From Octopus bimaculoides (lineage: Eukaryota): DNA of 64,000 nucleotides. The stretch is taken from NCBI RefSeq assembly GCF_001194135.2, contig NC_068982.1:7779994-7843993 (forward strand), written 5' to 3'. This document shows, piece by piece, positions 14,425 to 29,600 of the stretch (within the stretch, counting starts at the first letter, position 1; every line of letters starts with the position of its first letter). Under the pieces are notes generated by a model, which did no database searches, was not told the origin of the DNA, and worked only from the letters and a program-made list of their open reading frames with translations. A program made the translations under genes and the position numbers.

Positions 14425-17400
14425 CATATTATATAAACATCGAAATTGAGGGAATAAAACTGGTAACATCCAGGCTACATATGTTTGTTTCCTAGCTAGC
14501 AAGTCCTCAGATGTAATAGTTACTCAACGAGGAGTACTCAGCCAGCTACTGATCAGGCTGATGATACCTTAATTATATGATGGTTACATTGTCATTAAGG
14601 AACACCAAAATAACCTACCACAGACTGCTTGAAGCTTATTAACTTCCTACACTTAGATCTTTGGATCTCACAATTATATATATATAGACAGACAGACAGA
14701 TATACTATATATTATATATATATATATATTGTGTGTGTGTGTATTTCTTTTAGAACTATTCTTTTTCCTAAAGATATTCTTTAGCAAATGTTTATATTTA
14801 GGAGATTTTTAAGAAACATCTATAGATGACGCATTGTGGATGGAGATTATAGGAAATACAAATAGAAAACATTTATATGTCCACTTAAGAAGAATCATTT
14901 TTTACAAGTAAATCATTAGAGAATGGGTGTTGCCTGTGACCTCTTGCACTGCATTTCAGCCTGATAGGAAAAAGGGAGTAAGAAACCTCAGACCAGAGTC
15001 AAATGAATGCATCAAAGTGGACCCTTCTAAAAGTGACTTTAAACTGAATTAAGCCTACAACCTAAAGACAGGTACAATATATCCAGCAGACATTTGTTGT
15101 TACCATCTACACAATACCAGGGCCAATAATGCCCCAAGTGCCACATAGTAGAAGAGAATCTAAACCTACATGATGGTGAATTACAATTTTTTCCATATGG
15201 TCAAGCTTACATCAATAAATCTATTATGAGTTCAGAGCTGAAATTAAATTTTGTTTGAAAATTTTATTTTAACACAAAAACATAGTGAAAAAAGTTAATC
15301 AGCTTAATGAGTAACATTACTCATTAACCTAATCAACTTTTAGCTTTACATGTAGCTAACTGTGGAATTTCTGCAAGTATGCATTTCCTGAAAACTATCT
15401 GTATTCTTGTCTTGACACAATGTGAGTGTATAGACACACACACACACATATCAACATAGCCAAAACAATAGCTTGAAATTTGTCACTTTGCACAGCATAC
15501 TTTTCAGTTTGAAAATATACTAAATTCTACTTGTTTTTAAATGCACTGGAGAAATTTACCAAGATTCCATTAACTGTTTAGCATTCAGATTACTTTATCA
15601 AATGTAACACATATTCACTCTCATTGTTTTTAATTAATCATACATTACCTCATAGCTCTGAAATTTCAATGATGTAATCGTTTATGTTATAAATGACATT
15701 ATCAGGTTGGTATGAGAGGCTGGATATGGCCAGTTTGAACACAAAGCATAATATTTCAGGCCAGATATAGTCAGTTTAGATGATAAAAGGTTGAACTTAA
15801 ATGTGTATAAACAAAGTTCTCTATCGTTAAGATTCATATACTCCTCCATTAATAACAATATAAAAGCTAATTAATTATAATTCTAAAATGTTAATAAAGA
15901 TCATCATCATCATCGTTTAACGTCTGTTTTCCATGCTGGCATGGGTTGGACGGTTTGACTGGAGACTGCCAAGCCAGGAGGCTGCACCAGGCTCCAATCT
16001 GATCTGGCAATGTTTCTACAGATGGATGGCCTTCCTAACACCAACCACTCCGAGAGTGTAGTGGGTGCTTTTTACATGCCACTGGCACAAGAGCCAGTCA
16101 GGGTGGAGGGCTGGCATTGACCAAGTATGAGACACTTACAGCAGCTAGGTTTCCCAAGCGGTCATCTATCTAAGTACTCACTAGGCTCAACATTGCTTAC
16201 ACCAGTGATCGGACAAGAACCGGTACTTTCAACGTGATATGGCTGTAACAAAATTTATATTTAAATTTTAAGTAGGGGATGAATTAGTTATTTCTTCAAT
16301 ATATTTATCAAAAAAGAATATAATTAAAGAAACTCTTACCGGGGCAACTGTTTTGGAGTCTGTTGTCAACCCATATTGCATTCAAACATTGCCTGAAAAA
16401 TATATGCCAAATAAAGTTACTCAACTTTTGTTAGTTAAGCAAATATAATTTTATTCAGATTTCATATTTTCAAGTTTCTATCCAGTGTTGTTCAAAGCAG
16501 CATTTTAATCATTATATTCACTTTCATTGCAGTAGTTTTTATTTGAATGCTGTCATGAAACTTATTTGTTTGTTATATTTTATGCAATTTTAAGAGAAAG
16601 ACTTTGGTGGAGTTAGACACACTCGTGGAAGTACACACACGAAAGTTTTATTATCAATATTGATTCCAAATTTTGGTACAAGGCTAGAAATTTTGAGGGA
16701 GGGAATAAATCAATTACATCGGCCCAGTGTTCAACTGGTACTTATTTTATTGACCTCCGAAATGATGAAAGGCAAAGTCAACCTCAGCAGAATTTGAACT
16801 CAGCACCTAAAGACAGACAAAATGTTGCTAAGCATTGAGCCCAGCATGTCAGCTTGCCAGCTCATGATGGTGCAATATCTATAGACCACTAAAACTCTGT
16901 GATTGCTTGCTTGTCTCTAATTTAATACAGCCAAACCGATGCATAATGCGACAGTACTCTGAAAGTAAGGTAACCCTGAAATGTGAATACAAATGGAATG
17001 AAACAACTTCTGCATAAACTAGACCACAGATTCCCAAGATACGTGGTTTTTTGGGGGTACCTTCATAAATAGCCAAAACAGTGCATTATGGGAAAATACT
17101 TAGAAAGTAACATAACCCTGAAATTGGACTGTGAAAATTGTTTCCATTAGTTTTATGTTTACGTTATATAACAATTCCTTTTGCATTTTTGTAGAAGTGT
17201 GCATATATGCCATAAATAAATGCTGTTAGTGGAGTTCAAGTTTATCCCAGAAATTCTATTTCTATTAAATGCTGTAAATAATCAATAAAACCTTAAACAT
17301 GAACTTGTAAACCAGACCTATGATGACACAAACAAATTGAAATATTTAACTGAATCATCATAAAATTAACTTTCATTTCAATGCAATGTTGAAATCAGCT

Positions 17401-20400
17401 TCAATGTTTTTATAACCTGATCTGTCAGTGACCCACCAGGTCACAGGTAGTCTAGTTAATGATAAAACTAAGATGGAGAACTGGCAGAAGCATTTGCATG
17501 GTAGGAAAAATGCTTAGTGGCATTTCATCTATCTTTACAGTCTGGGTACAAATTCCGTACTGAGATCAACTTTGTTTTTTGTCTCTTTGGAGTTGGTAAA
17601 ATAAGTACCAGTTGACTACCAGGGTTGATCTGATTGATTTATCCCCTCCCTCAAAATTGCTGGCCTTGTGCCAAAATTTGAAGCCAATATTGCAACATTA
17701 TATTCATCTTTTTCTTATAGTATTACCTAAGTGAAAAAATTATGCAGACTTTAGGAACAATTCTATTAATATAATCCATTGACAAAATTGCAAAAGTAAT
17801 GAAAATTTTGGAAGAAAAAATATAAATAATAAATGAGTGGAAATCAAATCGGTGAGTGTGTTAGATAATAAGGCATTAAGATAATATAACTCTCCCCAGA
17901 TACAACATATACATCATCATCATCATCATCATCATCATCGTTTAACGTGCTTTCCAGGCTAGCATGGGTTGGACTATTTGACTGAGGACTGGTGAACCAG
18001 ATGGCTACACCAGGCTCCAATCTGATTTGGAAAAGTTTCTACAGCTGGATGCCCTTCCTAACGCCAACCACTCTGAGAGTGTAGTGGGTGCTTTTACGTG
18101 CCACCGGCACGAAGGCCGGTCAGGCGGTACTGGCAACGACCACGCTTGAAATGGTGTATTTTACGTGCCACCTGCACAGGAGCCAGTCCAGTGGCACTAG
18201 CAATGATCTCACTTGAATGTCTTTTCACGTGCCAGTAAGGCGATGTTGGTAACGATCACGGTGTTACATGAAGTGGTTATGCACCACTTCTTTGTTCCTG
18301 ACTAAAAATATATTTATCTTTTATTCCGGTTACCATTTATTGACATTTGAAATAGATAACCAAAATTTTCATATTCGTGTTGTAATGCTTTTCCTTTTTA
18401 AAAAAGGAGAAAATGCTGCAAGACTTGCAAAAAAATTGTGAAGATTATCTCTTTTATTAGTTTCAGTCATTTGACTGTGGCCATGCTGGAGCACCGCCTT
18501 TAGTCAAGCAAATCAACCCTAGGACTTATTCTTTGGAAGCCTAGTACTTATTCTATCAGTCTCTTTTGCCGAACTGTTAAGTTACAGGGACGTAAACGCA
18601 CCAGCATCGGTTGCCAAGCGATGTTGGGGAGACAAACACAGATACACAAACATATATACACACATACATATCAGATTGGAGCCTGGTGCAGCCATCTGGT
18701 TCACCAGTCCTCAGTCAAATCGTCCAACCCATGCTAGCATGGAAAGCGGATGTTAAACAATGATGATGATGATGATGATGATGATTATATACGACGGGCT
18801 TCTTTCAGTTTCCGTCTACCAAATCCACTCACAAGGCTTTGGTCAGCCCAAGGTGCCACGCAGTGAGACTGAACCCAGAATCATGTGGTTAGTAAGCAAG
18901 CTACTTACCACACAGCCACTCCTGCGCCTATGGTAATGATTTTGTAGGTGAATCAACTGTTTGAAGGTGATTTGAAAAATTTAAAGCTGGAGAATTTAGC
19001 TTGGGAGAATGCAGTCACAGTGGAAGACCTTCAAAATTGGATGAAGATATTTTGAAGGCAAAAATCAAAGAAAACTCAAATATATCGAGTAGAAAACTTG
19101 CAGAGGAGTTGGAAATTTCTAAAAGTACAGTTCATGAAGTATATATCCCATTTTGCATATTAAAAAATGCTCAGAACTTTCCAGACAATTCAACATGTAA
19201 GGGAATACTTTCCCATGTACAGATGTGTTTTCACAGATGACTAGAAATGAATAACATGGCATGGACGATAGTGACACTTGCCTACAACTATCTTATGATA
19301 TCAAGGCAAAGTGACACAAACATACACATACTCGTGTATACATCTGTGACAGGATCCTTGAGCACTTATTTTTTTTAAGCCTGGTACTTATTCTATCCAT
19401 CAGTTTTGCTAGTCTGCTAAGTTACAGTGACATAAACACACCAACACTGGTTGTTCAGTGGTGGTGGGGACTAACACAAAGACACAAACACATACGGTGG
19501 GCTTCTTTCAGTTTTCTTCTACCAAATCCAATAAAAAAGCTTTGGTTGGCCCAAGCCTATAGCAGAAGACACTTGCCCAAGATGTCACACAGTGGGACTG
19601 AACCAAAAACCATGTGGTTAAGAAGCAACTTTCTTACCACACAGCCACACCTGCATCTATATAGATAGGTTTTTCCATAATAGCCTGAGTTGGTTTGTTT
19701 TAATAGCACATTGTTATAGGAATAAATATATTTTAGTCTGACACATATCAGCACAGAAAAACATGCACAATGAAAAACATAGATAATTTAGATGGATATT
19801 GTCTCTGTGAGTACACTATTTACATATTAATAAACAGCTCTTAAGGTACAGTATATTGCTTCACTTGTGTTTCCATTAGAAACTTATAAATCAGATTTCT
19901 AGCATCTTAACAACTCAGCTGTATTACTGTGTTTCCACAGAAAACATCTTTTTATCCTGTCTATTTTGTGCAAAGTAGATATTTAGCAACAAATCTTAAT
20001 TGCTAAGTAGTTCAGTCAGTGAAGCTTTGAACTTCAGCAAATTAATGACATGTACCATTTTTTTTTCTATTCAAGTCAACTAATTATACCAATATTATAA
20101 AAATCTGTGATCTTGTACCAAAACTAGAAATTATTATCTAAATAATTTAATCTACTTATTGTTTGAATCAAAGGTTCATTCATACAGTTTTGCTTGTTTC
20201 CACTTCTCTATGTAAACATATTCAGGCAGTTTCTTGTTTGAGAGACTTGGAGATATACACAGACAAGGTTTGATCAAAAAGTATTGGGATTGCTGCTATA
20301 AAAAGAAAAGTACAACACATATCAATTTGGTATTTAATTGCCTTTGAAGTATCCCCTTCTGAAGTAACACACTTTATCTAGTGCTGTTTCCAGGCATTTC

Positions 20401-21804
20401 TAGAATTCCTTTTTGGGGATAGTGAGCAGCTGCCTAATCACATTCTCTTGAATTTCCTTGACATCTTGAAATCTTGTTCCTTTCAAATAGGATTTGATTT
20501 TTGAAAAGAAGAAAAAGTCACAAAGGGTAAGGAATATGATGCTTTGAGACCTGGAGAATGTTGGGTTTGGCCAAAAACTGCTGCACAAGCTGCACTGAAT
20601 GAACAGGTGAACTGTCATATTGGAGTTGCCATTCACTAGATGCATGCAATTCTGGTGAAACAACATTACACACTGTACTTCCAAGCATTGCTATAAAATG
20701 ACAGAAGTGAGCAATAATGCTATCACTTAGTGTGCATGCATAACAGAGTTGAAGGTCAATCTGTGTCAACCGGCTTCACTCTATATACTTCAGCTCCATT
20801 ACCATAGCAACAATCCCAATACTTTTTTATGAGACATATTACCTCACTTGGAAACAAGTGGGTTTGACAACATAAAGGGCATCTAGCCACAGAAAAACTC
20901 CGCCTCAGTGTATTCTCATTTGATCCATGCAAGCAGGAAAAATAGATGTTGGTTTCAAATTTTGTGAGAAGGCCAGCAACTTCAGAGTTCTGCTGATTTT
21001 ATTGACCCCAAAAGGATGAAAGGTAAAGTCAACATTGGTGGAATTTGAACTCAAAATGCAAAGATGGATGATTCTGCCAGCTTGCTACCTTCAAAGAAAA
21101 GTAGACATTAAAATGATGATGATTGCTTTAATCAAAGTTATGAAATGTATGACTTTATGTTGTATTCTTAACTCACAATTCTTTGCATCCAATTTTCAAT
21201 ATACTTTTTGGCATCATCCATGTTTCTCCATATGGGCAAGGACAAGCATCTCTGTCAATACAACTACCCTAAAAAAAAAAAAAACAATCAGAGACAGTCA
21301 TAGATTAAAATATTAAATAAAACTATATTTTCCATTGTCATTTTTAAATATCTTAACCTCAAAATATAAACCACTCCAAAGATAAAGATTAACTGATTTG
21401 TCAGAATACCAAATATCCAGCAATTAATCTCAAGATGACAAATCTGCATTGTGCAGACCTCAACATGTGATGCATTGAGAAAGTGTATTCAATAACAAAT
21501 AAAATATTCATCANNNNNNNNNNNNNNNNNNNNNNNNNNNNNNNNNNNNNNNNNNNNNNNNNNNNNNNNNNNNNNNNNNNNNNNNNNNNNNNNNNNNNNN
21601 NNNNNNNNNNNNNNNNNNNNNNNNNNNNNNNNNNNNNNNNNNNNNNNNNNNNNNNNNNNNNNNNNNNNNNNNNNNNNNNNNNNNNNNNNNNNNNNNNNNN
21701 NNNNNNNNNNNNNNNNNNNNNNNNNNNNNNNNNNNNNNNNNNNNNNNNNNNNNNNNNNNNNNNNNNNNNNNNNNNNNNNNNNNNNNNNNNNNNNNNNNNN
21801 NNNN

Positions 21805-21885
<81 letters not shown>

Positions 21886-24800
21886 CAAACACACAGGCAC
21901 ACATACACATACAGGTGAGTTAGAAAATAATGCAAATAAAAATTGCATTACTTCCTGACTCAGCCTCATACAGAGGCACAGGTGTGGTTATTTGGTTAAG
22001 AAGCTTGCTTTACAACCATGTGATTTTGGGTCCAATCCCATTGAATGACATCTTGGGCAAGTGTCTCCTACTATAGTCTCAGGCCTAAGTTTTGTGAGTG
22101 GATGTGGTGGATTTAAAGTGAAAAGGGCCACCATGTGTCTGAATATATAAATATACGTGTGTGTGTGTATGTGAGTGTATATGTGTGTGTGTGTCTGTCC
22201 ATGTATAAGTGTGTACCTATGCACATGTACATTATGCCTTTCCTCATCACCACTTAACTGGTGTTGGTTTGTTTGTGTCTCCATAGCTTAGTGGTTTGGT
22301 GAAAGAGACCAGTAGAATAAGTACCAGGCTTAAAATAAGCACTAGAATCAATTCATTTGAATAAACACTTCAAGCAGTGCCCCAGTATGGCCATAGTCCA
22401 ATGACTGAAACCAAATACACACTCACGTATATATGCACACACAGCATGCTCATTTACTAATAGACCAATGTTAAAAATGCCATGTACTACCATGCCACCA
22501 GTATAACAAGGGACGGCACCGGACCCACAAGTATTCAAAACCCAACATAACCTTCCTGTACGTAGCACAAAATGGGTGATGCTTGTGTTTGCTAACAGTC
22601 ATCATTGCCTCTCTCATCTCCCAACCCTCACTGCAATCACTCAGTTTCTGCTGTCATTGTTTTATCCCTTTTATCCACTCACCCTAGTTTTCTTATGTCA
22701 TCGTTCTATCTACTCTTCATCTTTTTGGTCATGCTGCACTGAGTAAATGAACACAGCATGAAGTAGTGAGGACTCATAGCATGCACGCATGCACACACGC
22801 ACACACACTCACACACACAACAATTTTCTATCTGCTTCCATCAACCAAATACATTCACAAGGCTTTGCTTAACCTGGAGCTATTGTTGAAGACATTTGCC
22901 CAAGGTAATGTGAAGCGATGGATTGGTCTACTGGTTGAATTTCTAAATTTTATACAACTTTTTTTCCATAAGGTGATGCTTAATACAGCTGAATAAGCAT
23001 TTTCAAGTATGATGAACCTTTGCAAAATAATTTTTTCATTGCTGAAAGTATCAATGAATGATATAATAAAATATTTAATTATATTAATTTCCATATTAAC
23101 AACAAACATTATTGATATTAAGCTGATTTTATTGAATAAAATTTCCACTTACATTTGGTGACATAACAAGGTCTTTTTCACATCTGCATCCTTCATATTC
23201 ATTACTGAAGAAAACACACTTCTCAGGTTTTGATAAAGTTGCACATGTTTCTTGGCAACTTGTAGCATTCATTGACCAAATTTGGTTTTTAGGACAAATA
23301 ATTTCTTCTTTTGCTTCTTGGCAAATCCATTTTCCACGAGTACATACACTGTTAATTTCAAAATACTTATAATTTCAGAACAGCTTTAAAAGATAGATAA
23401 TTGTTTTTCAAATAAAAGCTTACAGTATAACTGACAGGATTTAAAAATACAAATATCTCTCTCTGACCATCTCTCTGTTATTCTCTCTAACTCTCTCCCA
23501 CCTTGCTTCTTCTCATTCCTTGTCTTACTGGGGTGGCCAAATATCTCCTCTATAGTAAAAGAGCAATCTCTGTCCCTCTCCCATACTCTGACCGCTTACC
23601 TGACACACAGCCACTTCTCTCGGTTCCACTCCCTCTCTCAACTAAGAGGTCTTTGTCTTGCAAGTTACGCGATGACCCTGCTGATGCTGGTGCCACATAA
23701 AAAGCATCTGTGCTGGTGCCATGTAAAAGATACCCTGTATCCTCTGTAAAGTGGTTGGCATTAGGAAGGACATACAGCTGTAGAAACTAAGCCAAAACAG
23801 ATAACTGAAACTTGGTGCAGCTCTCTAGCATGCCAACTCCCATCAAACTGTCCACCCATGCCAGCATGGAAAGTGGATATTAAACAATGGTGATGATGAT
23901 GGTGATATATATAAATATAAGAATTGAAGCACTTAGTTAATAGAGTTCACCATTAGGTAAGTAAACTTTCTTTTCTAACAACTAAATTTAAAATAACATT
24001 TACTCACGAGAATATTTTTACAGAAAAAAATATACTGCTGGTGATCCTTAGATGATATGATGAAACAGTAATAGGATACCTCTTTTTAAGTGACCTATGT
24101 CCTTTTAATCTATACCAATCTTCAGAAGTAAGATTTCATTTGCAAGTGCTAAGATCAAAATGCTAGAGTTTCTTAAATACATCCATTTTATTATTTTTGC
24201 TGTTGCTGCTGTTGTTTTTGTCATATAGCTTTGAGCCAGCTTTCACACTGAAAGCAGTCATCTAACCACAGACTGTTGATGGAAAACATTTTCCAACAAT
24301 AATTTTCCAAAGATAATAAGCAGTTTAAACCTAGATTTAAGACCCTAGGATATATTCAGGTTGGCTCTTGTTAAAGTTTGTTTCTTCCTACTATTATAGA
24401 TGCTGCTTGCTAATAAATAAATTTCTTTGAAAGACTCCAACTGCATTGAACTTGGCTCCCAAAATAGAGAGATAACAACGGTTCACTTTCTGTTTCTTCC
24501 CCATTCTTCAAGTTTAAGAGTAAAAAATGATGATTAGGTATAAAACACAAACTCTACCAGTCAAGATGTTTAAAATTTTCCCCATACTATTTTGCGGCCA
24601 CCTCCACTTACATTTAATTATTTATCAATTTTCCAGTCTTTAATGACCATCTATATTCTTATGCTTAATCTACAGATGTTGTCATGTGTTAACATCATCT
24701 ATCAACAAGCCTTCTTCCATGTACATAGCTATAATTTAGTAAAATAACTTAGTTATCATTAAGCTAGTGTTCGGAACATAAATTGTGACTAAAGTTTGGT

Positions 24801-26165
24801 GGAAGATTTTAATTCAAAACTTATGAAAACAAGACATTTGTACCCAGAGCCAGAGCCGGTTTGATAACGAAAGGGTTAACAACCCTAACACACAAGAAAA
24901 TGTATGTTCTGGCCATATTGAAAACCTTACTGGCATCCATTTCACTCCTTGAAAAACTATTTCAAGTAATATTGGTTTCAAATTTTGGTACAAGGCCAGC
25001 AATTTTAGAGGAAGGTAGTAAGTTAATTACATCTACCCCAGAGTTCAACTGGTACTTATTTTCCCGACCACAAAAGGATGAAAGGCAAAGACAATCTCAG
25101 CAGGATTTGATCTTTGAACATAAAAACAGGCAAAATCTACCAGTACGTCACCTTGCCATTGAAAGTAATATTGATTCAAGAAGATATTTGTTCAGTTGTA
25201 ATTTTATAAAACCAACCAATCATTTGTTGATTCTACAGCCCAAACTGAACTACCAAAAAGTATTTCACTGATATCTGAGAAACCACAGGCACACACACAC
25301 ACACACACACACATTTTGATTGAATTTTAAAAGAAATGAATTTGTCTGATTATTAATTCTCCTAATCCTCAGTCATTGACAGAGTTTTTTTATTTTTTAT
25401 CATTACCTCAATAGTCTCTGCTTCAGCTATCTTGTTAAATGTACCCCAATATCAATCAAGATGTTTTTTAATGAGTAATGTTTATTTGCCAACAGAATGT
25501 GGTGCTCCTATAAAGGACGATGTTACTGTTGCTTACCTTTATCAACCATGTCTAAAATATACTACTTTTATCAATAATTAGTCTTAAACTTTAAAAAATA
25601 AAACCAAATTACCAATCATCTCCCTTTCTCCGCAAAGATGTCCCAGCATCATAATGCAGCTGTGTGTATTTATCAAAGCAGGTGCAGTATTCAATTTTAA
25701 CACATTTCTTCTGGTTATTAAGTAATGTTCCATTCGGACAACGACAACCAAAGACACTTTCTGAGTTACAATCTGTGAGCGGCTGAGATAATTCATGGCA
25801 AGTTGTCTCACATAAGGAACCACATTCTGTGTATATTTGCCCACTTCCAACAGGGCATTCCAAAGCTGAATAAAGACAATGAAAAACAATAAAAATATTT
25901 TAACAATATAAATAATTTCATGCTATATCACTTGAACTCTTTTACTTGCTTCAGCTGTAGCCATACTGGAGCAACACTTTGAAGAGATTTAGTCAATCAA
26001 ATCAACCCCAATATTCATTTTAAGTCTGTCACATATTCCGTCATTCTTTTATATCAAACAGCTAAGTCACTAGGACATAAAAAAACATAACAACTGTCAA
26101 GCAATGAGAGATAAACACAAACATTACAATGCATGCAAACACACGTACATACAATCTACACACAA

Positions 26166-26241
<76 letters not shown>

Positions 26242-26636
26242 NNNNNNNNNNNNNNNNNNNNNNNNNNNNNNNNNNNNNNNNNNNNNNNNNNNNNNNNNNN
26301 NNNNNNNNNNNNNNNNNNNNNNNNNNNNNNNNNNGAATGACCATGGGATTGCACCTAGAAAGTTACCCTCCGAGGCACAAGTCCGGGAAAGGTTGTTTTT
26401 ATGGAAGACCAGCAGTCCCCCATGCATACCAGTCTCCTCTCTCCATGCCACCGATGCTCTTGGCGATACGGCTTGACACCAGTGATGTCACAACTCGTTT
26501 CTACAGCTGAGTGAACTGGAGCAACATGAAATAAAGTGTCTTGCTCAAGAACACAACACAGCCTGGCCCAGGAATTGAACTCACCACTTCATGATTGTGA
26601 GCCCAATGCTCAAACCACTGAGCCATGTCCCTTCAC

Positions 26637-26669
<33 letters not shown>

Positions 26670-29600
26670 TGCACACACATGTACACAAACACACACACAT
26701 GTACACAAACACACACACACACACACACACATACACACAAACACAGACACACACATACACACAAACACAGACACACACATACACACACACACATGAGAAG
26801 ATAAAGGATTAGGTCTTGTTAGGGTACACAATGGATAGATGCTGAGATATGGATGTGGGGAAATCTCAAAGGCAATAAGGGTAGGGTGGAAGACATTTAA
26901 CTCAACAAAGGATTTGATCAAAACAAAGACAGGCAATACCATTTGTACCACGCATTTCAATAACTCAGCCCTACCTGTGCCCTCATATACAAGTGAGACA
27001 TGAGATACTACAAAGAGGATAGAACATCAATTGGCTAGGGCACAAAAGGCCATGGAAAGATCCATGCTAGAAATATCATTACAAGAGCATATTTGAAATG
27101 AGGTAATTCAAGAATGGAGCAGAGTAAACGATCACAGAATACCAAAAACACAAGTTCCAACAATCAAAGCTTACAGATGGGCCATACAGCTGATCAATGG
27201 CATCCAAGAGATTAGAAAAGACCACTTGGAAGGCCTCCATAAAGATGGGAAGAAGATTTCGTTAAGCAATTTAGACTAAGATAGAAAAGAATGGCGCAAT
27301 CACGACAGAATTGGAAGTACATTGTGACCAGTGATGTGTAACAGCATATGATATACCAACCAGTACTGTGATATATTTGTATATATATATATATGTATAT
27401 ATACGACAGCTTTCTAATCCACTCACAAGGAGAGCAGTCACCATCTTCCCTTCCATGTCGGCTACCTCTGATGAGCATATTTATATAATTGGTTTGTTGC
27501 CTAACACTCCATTGTATTTTTTTGCGCAAAACCGATTGGTAAGACCAGCCATGATGGATACTTAATACTGTAAAATTAGGATAATGTACCCACTCTACTA
27601 ACAGTCCCCCTGACTTATGGTCACTTATACAACTAAATAAATATATATATATCTGTGTATATATGCTGGACACTCCTGTCGAAGACAACATATGAGCGTT
27701 CAGCTTTCACCAAACGACCTGCACAAATTATTTGTTTATAGTGATGAAACGTTTATGCCACACATTAACTTGCTCTCTCCATCAAATCGATGTAGTCTGA
27801 ACAAGTGCACGGTGTATCATGCATCAGGTGTCAAAGTGATTGCAGATCAATATGAGACGAAGTATTTTGCTCAAGAACACAATGCACAATGCAGTCTAGG
27901 AATTGAAATCACAATCTAGCTATCATGAATGCAACACCTTAAACATGAATGCAAAACCTTAAGCAATGTACCCTTGCTATGTGCTAAAAAGTTTGCTTCC
28001 CAACCACATGGTTCTAGGTTCAGTTCCACTGTGTGGAACCTTGGACAAGTGTCTTTTATTATAGTCAGGAGCTGACCAAAGCCTTGTGAGTGGATTTGGT
28101 AGACAGAAACTAAAAGAAGCCTGTCACAAAAGAGACTAATAGAATAAGTACTGGACTTACAAAGAATAAGTCTTGGGGGTCGATTTGTTTGACTAAAGGT
28201 GGTGCTTCAGCATGGCTGCAGTCAAATGACTGAAACAGGTAAAAGAAATAAAAGAAATACATGTATTTACACACCACAAGACCCCTTTGAATGAACAGCA
28301 CATGGAATCTACGTCTCCACACTCTCCATTTGTAATGACAAAATATGAACTCTTATGGAATTTAGATACATGGACATAAAGCATTTCTACCACTTCTACA
28401 CACCACTTTCCTTGAATAATGGAATTGCAACTATGACATCCTACATATATTTTTTATTTTTACTTTTATTCTCTTATTTCCCTTTATACTTCTTATTTCC
28501 ATCCTTTTCCAAAATAACTCCTTATACTGAACTCTACTTTTTCCTTCCATTTAACCATCTCACATCGTCTTTGATGAAGGGATATCCCTAATATCCCAGA
28601 AACAGCTGTAAGACTAACTTTCTCTTTATAAATGTCTTGAAAATTCCACATAGCCTTGGCTCTGTTGTCTCATTTCCTTTAACATATATTTATATTATAT
28701 ATATATCAAAGGGTGTTCACCAAAGATTTCCCCTAACCCACTTCCGGTTATTGCAGGAAACAGAACTTGTACTGGTATAATCATACATATCTTTACATGT
28801 CACATTGTAAATTGTAGTTTTCCATTCGTATTCGCTTGTCTTTTATGGCTGCTGAAGTGGACTACAGTATTATATTGGAGGCTGTTGAATGCAGACCAGT
28901 GATCAAGTTCTTATACTTGAAAGGTCATACACCAAAAGAGACTTTTGATGAGATGAAAGTTCATGGTGACAATGCACCATCATATGACATAGTCAAGTAC
29001 TGGCATCACCATGTCAAATGTGGTTGGACATTGGTGGAAATTGCTCCTATTCCTGGACGGCCACATTCCGCCATTGATGACAACACCATCCATAAAGTAG
29101 AAGCCACCATTTTGGAGGATCGCCACATGGCTACTTGGCAACTAGCCCAAGAAGTGAAGACAAATGTAGGATTGGTGAAAAACGTCATTCACGACCATTT
29201 GCACATGTGGAAGTTGTTTGCATGATGGATTCTAGGGAATCTATCATGCAATCCTTTCCAGAAACAGGAATAAGTCAATTGTTCCCAGGCTCTTTTGGCA
29301 ATGTGCCAAGAAAATGAGGACGACTTTTTCAGCAGACTTATCACACAGGGTGAAACATGGGTTCATCACTATGATCCTGAGACTAAAATCCAGTCAAAGC
29401 AATGGAAGCATGATAACTCACCACCTCCAAAGAAGGCTCATGTCCAACCCCCAGCAGGCAAGGTGATGCTCACTCTTCTTTTATATTAAAATTAATCTTT
29501 TAGCATTCAGATTACTCTATCAAATCAAATGTTTATTTACATTGTTTTGAATTAATCATGCATTATGTTGTAACTCTGAGATTTCAATGATGTCACAATT

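Noticed and set aside
21401-21969. Long ORFs through N runs and microsatellites (also 7677, 26062-26960, 34089-34534, 44661-45262, 50699-51053)
   Set aside because: They stay open only because of X runs and (TA)n/(CA)n repeats; no coding signal.
24861-25271. 136-aa plus-strand ORF
   Set aside because: It overlaps a family-3 SINE and has no domain or splice support.
27212-27691. 159-aa minus-strand ORF
   Set aside because: Antisense of RTE/SINE remnants and a microsatellite.
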